This document shows, piece by piece, positions 39,512-51,873 of a DNA stretch of 64,000 nt. Position 1 is the stretch's first letter, and each line of letters begins with the position of its first letter. The stretch comes from Enoplolaimus lenunculus. Its lineage: Eukaryota. The position numbers were made by a program, and so were the translations under genes. The stretch lies in contig JASANG010003092.1 of NCBI GenBank assembly GCA_030248215.1, positions 124,001-188,000 on the forward strand, in the 5' to 3' direction. Below the pieces are notes generated by a model. The model was given only the letters and a program-made list of their open reading frames with translations. It did not search any database and was not told the DNA's origin.

Positions 39512-40510
39512 TATATACCATAATCGGAATCGAATATAATTTATATTTAGAAATATATTAATTTTTAGGGTATCTGTTAGCTGGCAACAATTTTCACAAA
39601 CGGCACATCAACATACTGGCATTATTTTTGGTTCTGCAAAAGATAAACTACAATCAATTATTGTGATTTTCAAAATAAAACGGCAGTTTTGTTTGTTCAG
39701 ATGATGAGTATGAGAGAATTTTTATGCAACCAAAGTATGATTAAATTAAAGTTGCAAAACTCCGATGCAACTCACAATACTGCGTAAATTGAGAAATAAC
39801 TTAAAATCCACATGTGGCAAACGTTTTTTAACCTTAAAGTAATGTGATCAAAGTAATTTGTTAAGTCGCAAAGCTATAAAAAATAACCGTTGTTCCTACG
39901 TAATTATGTAGCTAGTGACTTATGTTACATTTGAGTAGTTTTCCGTAGTGAATCCATGCCGGGAGTATCGATTAGAGGCACTTTTCAAAATGTTTAATTT
40001 TCTTACATGGGCAGAGCTACGCATACAGACAACATTGAAATGTCGTTTGGTTCTGCATTTATTTTCTTTTTAAGCGAAAGCCAAAGGCGAAAAATATTTT
40101 TTGTGACCATATACAAAAATGGTGCCAATGGTTGCCTTCGGGCCGGAATTTTTCCCTGGGACGGGTCCGTGACCTATGTCACCGGGCGCGAATCGGTGCC
40201 AACCGCGTCCAATGAATATTTTTCAAGATTGTATTGCTTTTGTCACATTTTTAGAAACACTCAACCGTTGAGTGGAATCAAAGTTTTATATTTGATATAC
40301 TGCAACGTAAAAATTAATACAAATACAGGGGTTATACAACAGTTTTTGCGTGATAGAAACAAGTGATTCTTATTTGGCTTTTAGGACGCATTGATTTATG
40401 TAAATGCATTAAAAACCTGACCCCAGTTATTCCCCGCAAATCAAACGTTGGCCCCGGAACATCTCTAGTATTCACGTTATGTCAAATTTATGCATAACTT
40501 TGCAAATCCT

Positions 40511-41170
40511 GGTATCGTTGTTTTATCTATAGTAACGAATATTGTAACTATGTCTCAAATAGACATAATAATTTCGCAACATTTATAAAAACATTATCTT
40601 TAAATTCAAACGAAATACTGATGAATTAGACGTCATGTAGGTTGTAGAAGCGGCGTTCGTTGTTCTGATTGTCTTCCTTGTGCCTTAACCTAGATCGATA
40701 AAATGAGCCTTCTAAGCAGTAAAGCAAAGAAGACGTTCAATGTGCGCATCACAACAATGGATGCAGATTTGGAATTTTCGATTGACGTATGTAATTGTGA
40801 AAACAATTTTAATTTGCTTTTATGCTGGGGACGCATCTAAGGTATCGTTGTTTTATCTATAGTAACGAATATTGTAACTATGTCTCAAATAGACATAATA
40901 ATTTCGCAACATTTATAAAAACATTATCTTTAAATTCAAACGAAATACGGATGAACTAGACGTCATGTAGGTTGTAGAAGCGGCGTTCGTTGTTCTGATT
41001 GTCTTCCTTGTGCCTTAACCTAGATCGATATAATGAGCCTTCTAAGCAGTAAAGCAAAGAAGACGTTCAATGTGCGCATCACAACAATGGATGCATATTT
41101 GGAATTTTCGATTGACGTATGTAATTGTGAAAACAATTTTAATTTGCTTTTATGCTGGGGACGCATCTAA
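40511..41170 (+). repeat. 330-bp tandem duplication containing Merlin coding exon 1
   Basis: Units 40511-40840 and 40841-41170; four substitutions seen. Confidence 0.95.
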
Positions 41171-44100
41171 GTAAAGTTGAATAAATGAAAACTAAAGCTA
41201 ATCATACATATTTCAGTATATACGTAAGCGTTCAGAATGTTGTGAATTCTAGTAACATCAAGTCTACTATTCACTGGAGTCGAAGTCTTGTATTTTATTT
41301 TGTTTGCAGAAAAATTGTACAGGCGGTGAATTATTTGAGCAAGTGTGTCGAACGGTTGGATTGCGCGAAGTTTGGTTTTTCGGATTGCAATATACAAATG
41401 ACAAAGGCAATTGTGCTTGGCTTAAATTGAATACAAAGGTAATTGAGTGTTCCGTTGAGCATTTCTGTATTTTAATAATTTTAGCGTCACTGTAATATAC
41501 GTTATCCAAAAAACCAGTATGTGTGAACGTATTTATGTAAATAGTTTCTTTAAAACAATGCGAATAAAAAGATATTTTAATTTCTCGTTTTTGTTCAAAC
41601 CAAACCTCTATATTTATTGGGTTAAACATATTTAGTATAGATTTTGCTTTGTTTTTTCAGCTGTCACGCATGTAAAGTTTTGTATTGCCATCGGAAAAAG
41701 TTTGTTTTATACGCCTAGCGTTTAGTCAGATATCATTTCGTTTGTTGATAACGAAATGTGCGTAACCAGTAAAGTCTTTTATAATTGGCCAAAATATAAA
41801 CGTTTAGGTTCTGCGTCAGGACATTACAAAGTCAGTTGATTCGCCGTCGTATCATTTCTTGTTTCTTGTTAAACTTTATCCGGAAGATGTATCCGAGTTA
41901 ATATCAGAAACCACGCAACATTTAGTCTACTTACAAATCAAGCAATCTATATTGTCTATGGACGTATATTGTCCGCCTGAAGCTGCAGTCCTTTTGGCTT
42001 CGTATGCTGAACAAGCAAAGGTATTGATTTTTATATATAAATAGTTTGATATAGACGTAACTTTTTGAGTCAAAATGTACTGTGTGATAGCGCTTTGTAG
42101 CGAAGAAAAGGAATCTGCAGACATTCTTCATTGACACATTGTACCTAATTTGAGACGGTTATATTGTATAATCTACTGTGTATTGTCGGGCTCTGAATTA
42201 ATTCCGAAAGTTTTGGAACATTGTATCTGTATCTAATGTGGTGAAGACATTGACTGATGAGTGCTGGAGTTAGAAATCTGTTCCACAGCAGACTGTCATC
42301 AGGTTTTGCGATGGAATTGGAGGTTTAAACGCGGTCCAGAAATACGTACTGAATTTTAAAATTTCATTATCAATTCATTTACTTTACGATACGTACGTTG
42401 TTTTAAGTACGGTGATTTCGAAACAGTAGAGAATGGTCGCGAAGTGATTGAATTAGAGGAGCTTCTGCCTTCACGGGTCATAGAACAGTATCAGATGACG
42501 ACAGATATGTGGCGTGATCGTATTGCAACGTGGTGGGCACATAACAAAGGCTATTCAAGGTATTAAGCATCAAATTAATAGTGAAGTTAACAAAGCGTAT
42601 ATATTAAAGATTTAGATTGTTATTACTGGGTTTAATAACAAGCATACGACTGCAAGACTGTGAAGTATTTTGTGGCAATTTTTACTATATTGAAAGCGTA
42701 AATGTTCGATTTCAAAAAGGAACTGGATTATGTCGAAATCTGAGACGAAATCGGAACATGTTTTGAATTGGATTTTTTACCGGAGTCAAAATTTTGTTCG
42801 CATGCTCATAAATAAATTGTTGCGCGCCTGGTTTAATGTAAATATATTGTGTATTTATAATTTTACTTCTGTCGTACTGCTTAGTAAAGTATCGTGCGTG
42901 GTACTTGAAAATTTTGATTTTAGGGATGAAGCAGAAATGGAATACTTGCGAATAGCCCAAGATCTTGATATGTTTGGTGTAACATATTTTGCCATACAGG
43001 TTAGAGATGTGACATGTTTCCCACGAGTTTTACTATTAAGTTACGTTTGCCGCGTTTGGTTGGTGTATGAACTTTGTCGCAAAAGATCGACCAATCAAGC
43101 ATATCGGGTTATTGGGTAAACCTGTAATAATTAGACATTAATATTGTTTAAATAAGTGATGCCAAATTAATAATATTCTGCTGTGAATTATGTATTTTTT
43201 ATAGTTACAAAATAACTATGAGCACATATTTTTAAAAGACACAAAAAATATTTCGAAAATTTTAATTATTTTGGTGATTACCAAAAATTGACCGAGATCG
43301 AGATTTTTCACGGCCTGTTTCGGTAGTCAGTCTCGAACTCAGTTTTTAATCGAGCCCGAACACAAACATAATAGAGATAACAGTTTCTCTGATCAGACGC
43401 ACTGATATACCCAACTTGTAAAATTTATAGCATTCCAACTCACCACAAAAACAAAACCCCCGAACCCCCCCACCGACCCACCACACCAAAAAAGCAACCT
43501 GAAGCATAATTACTGTTTCACAATTCTGTTGGTAAGATTGAAGGATTGCGTTTTTTGTGTATTGTTTTACGGTTTGCGAATTATAGAACAAAAACGATAC
43601 TGAACTGTATTTGGGTGTTTCTCCAATTGGATTACATATGTTTGAGAAATCCGACAAACTTCATCCGAAAACAACATTTAACTGGTCAGATGTGCGTAAT
43701 GTGTCGTTCAAATATCGAAAAGTACGTTATCGTATGAGTTCAGATGTCTAAAAAGCAGGGTTCAACCGGAATTTCTGTTTCGGCCGGAATTCCTGCAAAA
43801 ATTGAATTCCTGTTCCTGTACCTGAATTCAAAGATGCAGGAACCGAAATTTTTTCGGTTTTGGGCAAATTATTCATAATCATTTAAATACTGGAAACTGT
43901 CTTTAATAATTTGTTATTTCGAAACGAGTGTTTTTGCAATTAGTTCAATTTTGTTAGTGACGAAAATTATTTTCAAATTCCGGATCCTGTTCCTGTTCCT
44001 ACAAAGAGATTCAATTCCTGTTCCAGTAGAATTTAGTTGCTGTTTGAACCCTGCTAAAAAGCAAGACGCACGATGCCACTTAGGGACTTTGAAGTTTGTA

Positions 44101-47100
44101 TAGAATGTTAGATTTAACGGGTTTTAAGTTTACAAATAATCTTGGATTTTACACAAGAAAAAATGAAAAATATTCTGCATTAGTAGCAACGGTATAACGG
44201 TAAGATACACACGAGTGTATGAAAACGAAGGAAAGTTCACCATGCAAATTTGTTTTTTTATATTTTTAACACATATTTGAGCGCAAAAAGAAGCCACATG
44301 TGAAGTTAAAGTGTTACGGCGTTATTTTCTTAGCTTTAAAATGATTTGGCTTTTTGTGTTGGGTTTTATCGAAGAAATGAGGTTATTTTCACGGCATATG
44401 GCTGTATTTGTTTTGTTATAGTTTATTATAAAGATTCAAGATCAAGGCGCTGCAAAGTTCACATTCCGAACACAAGGAACGTCTTTAAACAAAATCGTAT
44501 GTTTTTGGTGTCTATTAGGGCGCAGTTTAGATGTAGAAGCAATTCCGATAAGTAGCGAATTACTGTAGATATTGTTATTTTGCGCGAGTTAATCTTAATT
44601 TGATGTGATGTTTTGGCTTTAAAAGTTTTGAACTTGAGAAAGAAATGTACATGTTGTAGTTGTGAAACAACAAGTTATCTGATTACGTGCAAAATCTTGT
44701 GATTTAGTTTTCAGATTTTGGATCTTTGTGTTGGATATCACAACTTATATCTTAGAAGGCGACAACCAGACTCATTAGAAGTGCAACAAATGAAAGCACA
44801 AGCACGGGAAAATAAAATGCGAAAACAGGTTTGTGACTAAAATGATGGTCTTATTTCTGTTTGTTTTTTATTTTCTGGTGTTTCGTTGCAGTCCGACGAA
44901 TTTGTCTCTAGTATTTCGCTGCATTCACAGAGATCACAAAAATTAGTAGTACAGAGGTGTGCAAGTGATACGTCTTTCAAGATTAATATTTGTTCACAAC
45001 CACTGGTTAAGTAGGGTTGATTCGCAAATAGGGTAGCTACTACATACTGTATTCTGTTCGTTTGGTCTCACAGGAAGAGCGACTAAGAATAGAACACGAG
45101 AGAGCGTTGCGAGCAGAAGTTGAACGGGACCGTGAACGATTGCAAAATGAAGTGGTTACTTTGCAACAACAAGTTGACGCTGCTCAAACTGCTATGGTAT
45201 GTTGCAAGGTGCAGATATAATTCCGATTGCGATTAGAGTTCCTTTTCAAATCCAGTTCCTGTTCCGATTCCGATTGCAGGTATAATCGGAATCGGGATGG
45301 TAATTTTTTTTTGTTTCTTACCTGTATTTTTTGTAATTATGTGCGAATATTGCTTGCAGTTCTGTTAAGTTCCATAGTAACCGTGCCAATATCTTATATA
45401 GGCAGGGAAGTTAGCATAGAAATATGGCACACACTAGTTGCGCAAAAGTATGTGCTCCGAAAATTTCTAGTTCAGGTTCCGGTATAAATGTCCTGTTCCG
45501 AGTCCGATATAATCCAGCTCCACTTGATACCCTGGTATATTGGTATGGTGCCATGCGTTTGTGGACATATGTTATAACCTAAAGACCATAGGAAAATGGC
45601 CTTGAAGCATGTAATATGTACAGTTATTGCGTTATTGGATTATAAAAATTATGTAATATGCGCTCATATCTACTGATCAGAAGGTCCTATGAAATGTTTG
45701 ATGCAACTAAAATGTGCAATTGTTATGTTAGACTATAATATGGAATACAAAATATGTTAGAGATCTGCCTACCAGAAGATATTTCCAGGAAGTGAGTATG
45801 GAACGGATAAAATTTGAAATTGTATTAGACTGTGTGGCTGCCATAAAATGTGTAAGGAATCACGTTATACGCTCGCTAGGTTTTGTAGTCCTGTTTAAAT
45901 ATTGCCACCAAACCAAAGCTAGCAACTCCAAGTCTGTATGGTACACATGTAAAACAATTGACGGATAGTAGTTTGGAACTATTTTGAAATAGTTGCTGTA
46001 CAAGAACGCTTTTATTTACATGTTAAAAAATTTGTAAACTCAGTGGTTAGTCAAATAGTTATTCTATTCTTACATCCGTATGAAATCTACCTTATAATCG
46101 TGGCTCTTTTATACCGATATTCTATTGTCTGCTGCTGCTATTTTGTCTGATTATATGTTTTGTATTTTGTTATAGCGTCGTTCTGAAGAAACTGCAGATT
46201 TACTTGCTGAAAAAGCTCGGATTTCAGAGGAAGAGGCGCAAGTTCTTGCGACGCGCACATCAGAAGCTGAAGCGGAAGTGCAGCGCATTCGATTAACTGC
46301 TTTGAATGTTAGTTCTCTAGACCAATGAGATAAATTATACTTTCAGTAAAAATAGGTAAGCTGTTTCCGTGGAACCGTTCTCTCATTACTAGTGAAATTA
46401 CAATGAATAAGCTTTTAAGAATGTATTCCTCTTAGTAGAATTTTATATTTCAAAGGCAAAATTTGACGGGCGATTCAGTTCGTTATAACTGTGCGGATGC
46501 TTAGCACTCTCATACAGGAGCCTGCGTGACATAGTTATATGGCCCTGATGTTCTATTTTGTATTTAATTTAACGTAATATTTGCTACTTCAAAGCGTATA
46601 GCATGGTTTCGTATATTAAATAACATTTAAGAGTGAGCATGATAAAATGATCATGGAACAACGTGCAAGAGAAGCGCAACTAATTGCTACGCGCAGTTTG
46701 GAAGAATCAGAAAGACGGTATGTGTGCAAGTGCATGGCAAAATTTTGGCTACGTATTTGTTGTTGTATCATTCTGTTCTCTGTTTTCTTTTGTTGCTTGT
46801 AGATTCTTTAGCCAGAATGCAACGGGATATCCAGTGCCACTTGAATATCAGGTATGATTTTTACTTTCGGTGCCATTTCCGGTATTTTTTTTAATTCCGC
46901 TTGCAGCCTTGTCTTAAGAATTATGTTTCTTGGACTCTGCTTATGCAATTCGAGCGTTTCACTGCTTTACACAGGGTCAAAGAAACAGAAAGACTCAAGG
47001 AAGATTTGTTACGTGCGCAACAACAAGAACGAATGGCAAAGGATAAACTACGAGAACTGGTAGACCCGTATATGGTGAGTAGTAATAAGACATTAATATG

Positions 47101-49387
47101 TATTTTGTTGTACAAATATACACATGAATTTTTTAGCCTGTTTTGGGCGTATCACTAATTTGTTTCTGCTTTAGATAGTGGCTGGGTTTCCGAAACCCTA
47201 CTTAAGTACGACCTACGTAATTACTTAACTATTTTGCCGTTTTTAAAGCGTACTTAAGTTAAGTAAATACTTAAATCGCTACCGAAATTTGATACACTGC
47301 AAATTAACCGCCAGCCAGGCATACTAACCTTAGGCTCATGATGCATCCTTAATATAAAACAAAACACTGAACTAGGCGACAAAAGTAATAACTTAAGTAT
47401 AACTTAAGTAAATATTTAAGTAAGATTTAAGAAACCCAGAAAATGGCTGATTAAGCTCGCAATTTGCTGTTAAATTCAAGCAGAAGAAAAACGGCGATAC
47501 AGATGAATTTGAATGTAACACAGCATTCACAACAACTATTTCCAGCTGGGAACAAAAAACAACGTACAGGAGGGTTAACAAGTGTCAATATCTGCATTAT
47601 GAAAATGCAGTAGTTGGTCAGCACGGTTTTTAAAATCTGCATCAATAATGTTGCCAGAAATTTGTATTTTTAGCCGCTACCTTTGTACAACCCAGGAAGA
47701 CCTGCTGCAGCTGCTAGTATTGCTACTAGTTCACAACCAACGCTGGTATCTAGTTCGACAGTTGCTCATATTCTACCTCCACAATCATCCCTATCGACCG
47801 AGTATACCCTGAGCCCATCATGTTCAGTGACATCTAACTTCACGCCCCCTCCTCCTGTAGTGCTCCCTGCGTGTCCTAATAACGTGTTTACTTCAAGCTC
47901 ATCCATCACTGCGAGCGGGATATACTCCCCTCAAGAAAGCAATGGTTTTGCTCAAGCTGCAGTTATGATGAAAGACATGAATGGTGTGGCCGATGGGGGT
48001 GTGACTTCTGTTGGGATTGGAAAAACGTATGATAACGCGTTGTCAGAACGAGATATCAAGTCACTTAGTGCTGAACTGGAGAAAGAACGGTGAGTTTATA
48101 AATAGGCATTGAGCTGAGAGAAGTTATTTCAGTTAGAGTTTTGGTTTATTGTTGTAAGTGGCTTTACATTATATTTCTTCGCGTCGTTAAACACAATGTT
48201 GCCAGTTTTATATGTTACCAGTTTTATACTTTTATCACTGATTTGACAGGTTTTCTCTGTGATGTTGTGAGACTTTGTACTCAGATTTTGCCAACTTTTG
48301 AACCGTATGTTATTTCTCAATTTTTGCTCCTTAAATTCAAGCATTTTTGCCTTTTTAAACAATCACTGATACGTTACTGCGGTCACCAGCCCACAAGCTA
48401 AACGTTTCGTTTTTGCTCGTTTTAGTAGAGAATACAATGAAAAGAGCAGGCATTTGCAAGAGCAGTTAAGTGGATTGAGATCCGAAATTGAAGGATTGAA
48501 GGCAAGTTTTTGATGATACGTTGTGTTTGTAACAACTTCTGTAATTTGTAGTATAGTCAAATAACCGAAAATATGGTGGTTTTTGTGTGCAATTTTGAGT
48601 TAGCATTGGATCTGCAAGCCCGCTTCACGTTTCGCTGTGTTTTTGCAGATGTTCGGGAAAACCTCGAGCTAAAAGAATGGACTAAACATTAGATATTCCG
48701 TTCAACTATCATGTTAGTCACGTCTGTATTATGCAAGGATCTTTCGATGGTTTTAATAGTTTATTATAACCTAACTGTATTTTTGTTGGTGTTCAGGTAG
48801 AAGAACAAGAAACAGAATATGACAGATTGTATAGAGAACAAATACGTCGTGGTGACACAAAATATGATACTTTACGAAAGGTAGTTTTAACTTAATAATT
48901 TTTTGAAAATTCCTTTACTTTATAATTTTTTGAAAATTCTTTTACTTGTAGAAGTTAAAGAATTTGTTGTGTGCTTCGGAAATTGTACAAGAGAAATATT
49001 CCAAATTAATTCCGATCGATTGAGCCGATACGCCGCCTTGTTCTTATTGAATAACATTGCACAACTAAATTTACATTGTATGAAATGAAGAGCTACGTTA
49101 AAGTTTGACGCTAAACATTTATTAGTTGATAAGTTACACGATCTGTCACAAAATGGTGACAGTTGCTGTTCCGCAATTACTATTCAGAATGGGACGAATG
49201 TAGTATTATTTATTTGTTATATAGCTTCTATTACAGACACGTATTTAAATTTGAATACGGGCTTTTATACAACTGATATAAACGAGCAGTGTTTAATGAA
49301 GATTAATCAATTGTTTTTCTTTTTGCAAATTTTTAGTCAATTGCTGGAAGTGCCAAATCTCGTGTTGCTTTGCTTGAAAACCACTAA
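40703..49387 (+). CDS. NF2: Merlin / neurofibromin-2 (FERM-domain ERM-family protein), 16 coding exons, ~681 aa
   Basis: Exons 40703-40786 (or duplicate 41033-41116), 41310-41438, 41808-42020, 42408-42559, 42924-42999, 43587-43721, 44422-44496, 44715-44828, 45074-45196, 46176-46307, 46632-46717, 46975-47074, 47674-48089, 48426-48501, 48797-48880, 49337-49387. FERM motifs: [50 protein letters not shown]. Merlin-type features: blue-box-like [32 protein letters not shown]-terminus [12 protein letters not shown]. Confidence 0.95.
43756..44053. mobile_element. hAT-like MITE (CAGGGTT termini)
   Basis: TIR CAGGGTTCAA / TTGAACCCTG; exact 8-bp TSD CTAAAAAG. Confidence 0.82.
45205..45534. mobile_element. 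hAT-like MITE at the start of Merlin intron 9
   Basis: CAAGGTG...ACCCTG termini, CCGATT repeats, TSD GTATGTTG/GTATATTG. Confidence 0.6.
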
Positions 49388-50096
49388 TGTTTTTGCTCAG
49401 AAACCGTGGAAGCGAACGGTTTTGAAATTTCAAGTTTTGATGAGCTGTGTGCCTTATGTTGTGCGTTTGACAAAGCATTGTTAAATAGCCCTTAGGTTGT
49501 GAATGGTTTACATTTCATAATATATACTGGTGTTAGTAATTTTAGCGTTTTTATATGTATATATGAAATGTTTGCATTATTTTTAAATGTTAACGTTGGG
49601 AAACTGACAATCTTGGTTGCCTCCAGATAGTAAGACTATTTGGCAAAGTATTGTTAATTTTTTTGTATATTTATTTTTTATCATGTGCCGAATTTTTTCG
49701 TTCCTTCGTAAAGATTAATTGATCAATGTTACTTTTAGGGTCGTAATTGTACACGAAGCATATTCCTAAGCCTATGAGTTGAAAAAACGCTTATTTCTAT
49801 CCTGGAGCAAAACAGTTTAAAATCTAATCCTACATTTTCAGTCCCACTAAAGTAACAGGACTGCCCTAAGTAGCACAGTCCGATGAATTGATAGTTATCT
49901 TTATTAAAATGTAAAGACTTCCATTAATGAACAGTACTTAAGTGAAATTTTAATGTACTCGGTCGTTAATCGTGATGTAAAACAGCGAATACAATTTCAA
50001 ATCGCTGACCTTTGCCAGTGTGAAAATGAGACCGAAAGTACTGTAAACAGCTTTTTAATGTAGCAACAAATAGTGGCTGTATCTCGGTAATACCAT

Positions 50097-50286
50097 CAGG
50101 GTGCCACCGGGGGTGAAAATCTGCATTTTTTCCAAAAATTGTACCAAAAACTAAGCACACCAAACAAATAAATTCTGCAAAACTATGCAAAATTTCATTA
50201 CCGAAATTGACCGGAGCTCCGGGAGAAATGCTTTCGGAGCCGGGTTGGATTTTCTGCCGGAGCCTGAGGTAGACCTCTGTACCCTG
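50097..50286. mobile_element. hAT-like MITE (CAGGGTG termini, CCGGAG/CTCCGG repeats)
   Basis: Exact 8-bp TSD AATACCAT. Relatives at ~20620-20888, 52386-52652, ~58246-58600, ~61648-61830 and ~63840-63940. Confidence 0.8.
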
Positions 50287-50678
50287 AATACCATGTATAG
50301 TAGATTGGGCAAATCTTGCTTTTACGGCCGTAACAGTAGATTTAAATATTCTTTAGGCTTTCATGCATGGAAAAAAGGATAAGCCTAAGTAAAGGTACAG
50401 TCTAAAACCCGAGGCTACTGTTTTCTGTTTTCTGCAATCTCACCAGGAAACAGGATGGCACTAAAAGTATAACTGGTCGCATAGGCCGCGATTGCATGCC
50501 GTAAGCAATATTCCGACAGCTCTAGTTATCTTACGCCTTTTAATCGAGCAGTTGCTGTTATTTTCTCGCCGACGTACAACATTTCGCTCGAACACTAGAT
50601 CAATTTTTTCGTTTATGATCTTACATTTAAACGTTTTAATAAAATTTTTTGTGCAACTCTGAACTTTAAAAACAATCT

Positions 50679-51873
50679 TCAAATAAAAAACGGCGGTATT
50701 CGTATGTGATGCGGTTCGCCAGCATAATACCGAGACCTCAATGGGCTGGACGGCATTGAACGTGGTTCGTACCACGAAGGACTGTAGGTCGGTATTGTCG
50801 ACGTTGGCTGATGGTGCAAGTATCGGTAGATTGGATATACCCATCTAAAACAAAAATGCGTTTTATAGTTGGTTACGAAACACGTCAAAACAATAAAACT
50901 CCTTTCAAGTTTTGGAAACACCGTATTATATTAATGCTAAAATTTGTAGCAACTGGAAAGCTGGAGCGTAGGCCGCCCGGCTCTTCCACAGTTTTCTCGT
51001 TGACTAATGACTATATATATATACCGACTCGTATGTTGACGCCAGAAATACACACAACATACTGTGCAATGCATTCCAATCAAAATATCCAAATCGGTTA
51101 ATCTTGATTAAGTACAGTCAGTACTCAAACTAAATTGTGACAATAGAATGTTTGTGATTTACAACGACTTAAAAGAGTTTACCGGTGTATGTTAACTTTA
51201 GGGACCTGTCTACCATGCCTGCCTACACCTAAAATTTAAGCGTAAACCTAAACATAAGTCTAAACCTAAGACTGTGCGTACGTAAAAATATCCGAACCCT
51301 CCAAATCCCGCAGTTTCCCTGTATCCCAGAAAGTAGTCCAGGCCCGTAGCCGGCTCACCATGCTAGGAGGGGCTAAAAACTTTTAGAGGGACATTCAAGG
51401 GTATTTAATAGTCACTTGAAAGCATGGTTGAAAATTTTCTGGGGGGGGGGGGGGGGCAAAATTGTTCCAGGGGGGCTAAGCCCACCTGGCTGCCCCTTGG
51501 TTACGGGCCCGGGGCATTCCCTGTAAAATGGGCCGAATGGGCCGACTTACGAATGCGGACTGCCAATGCGCGGATTGTAATACGTGGGCCCGCTGCCTCC
51601 AGGGCTCAAGTACGGTGCATTACGCAAGAGGCGCCCTAAATCATTGTTGCTCTGTGTCACTGGACCCCTTCGGTATTGAGGGCAGTCCGCCCCGTTGGTA
51701 GATGACATAAAAGGCCGTCTGTAACCCTTTGATTCGCCGCCACCGGCAAGATCAAAGGCACGATGGACAACGTGTTGATATCGTACCCCACAATTGGTCA
51801 CATTTGTTGTGAATGGACGTAGCTTGCTAGTGCCACTGCTTGAAGCTTCTCGTCGTTGCCGTGGATAGTACAT
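50679..51873 (-). CDS. Uncharacterised ~162-aa Pro/Arg/Ser/Tyr-rich protein, 2 exons
   Basis: Exon 1 51873-51551 (aaaaATG start, donor TC|GTAAGT, phase 2) joins exon 2 50844-50679 (ttttag acceptor) in frame: MYYPRQRR...IGSPHS-WVYPIYRYLHHQP...RIPPFFI*. GC content is higher than the flanks. No domain recognised. Confidence 0.65.

Noticed and set aside
32750..40500. Hidden gene in the bestrophin-Merlin intergenic region
   Set aside because: Only short ORFs without recognisable motifs or splice-consistent chains; the region is dominated by MITE remnants.
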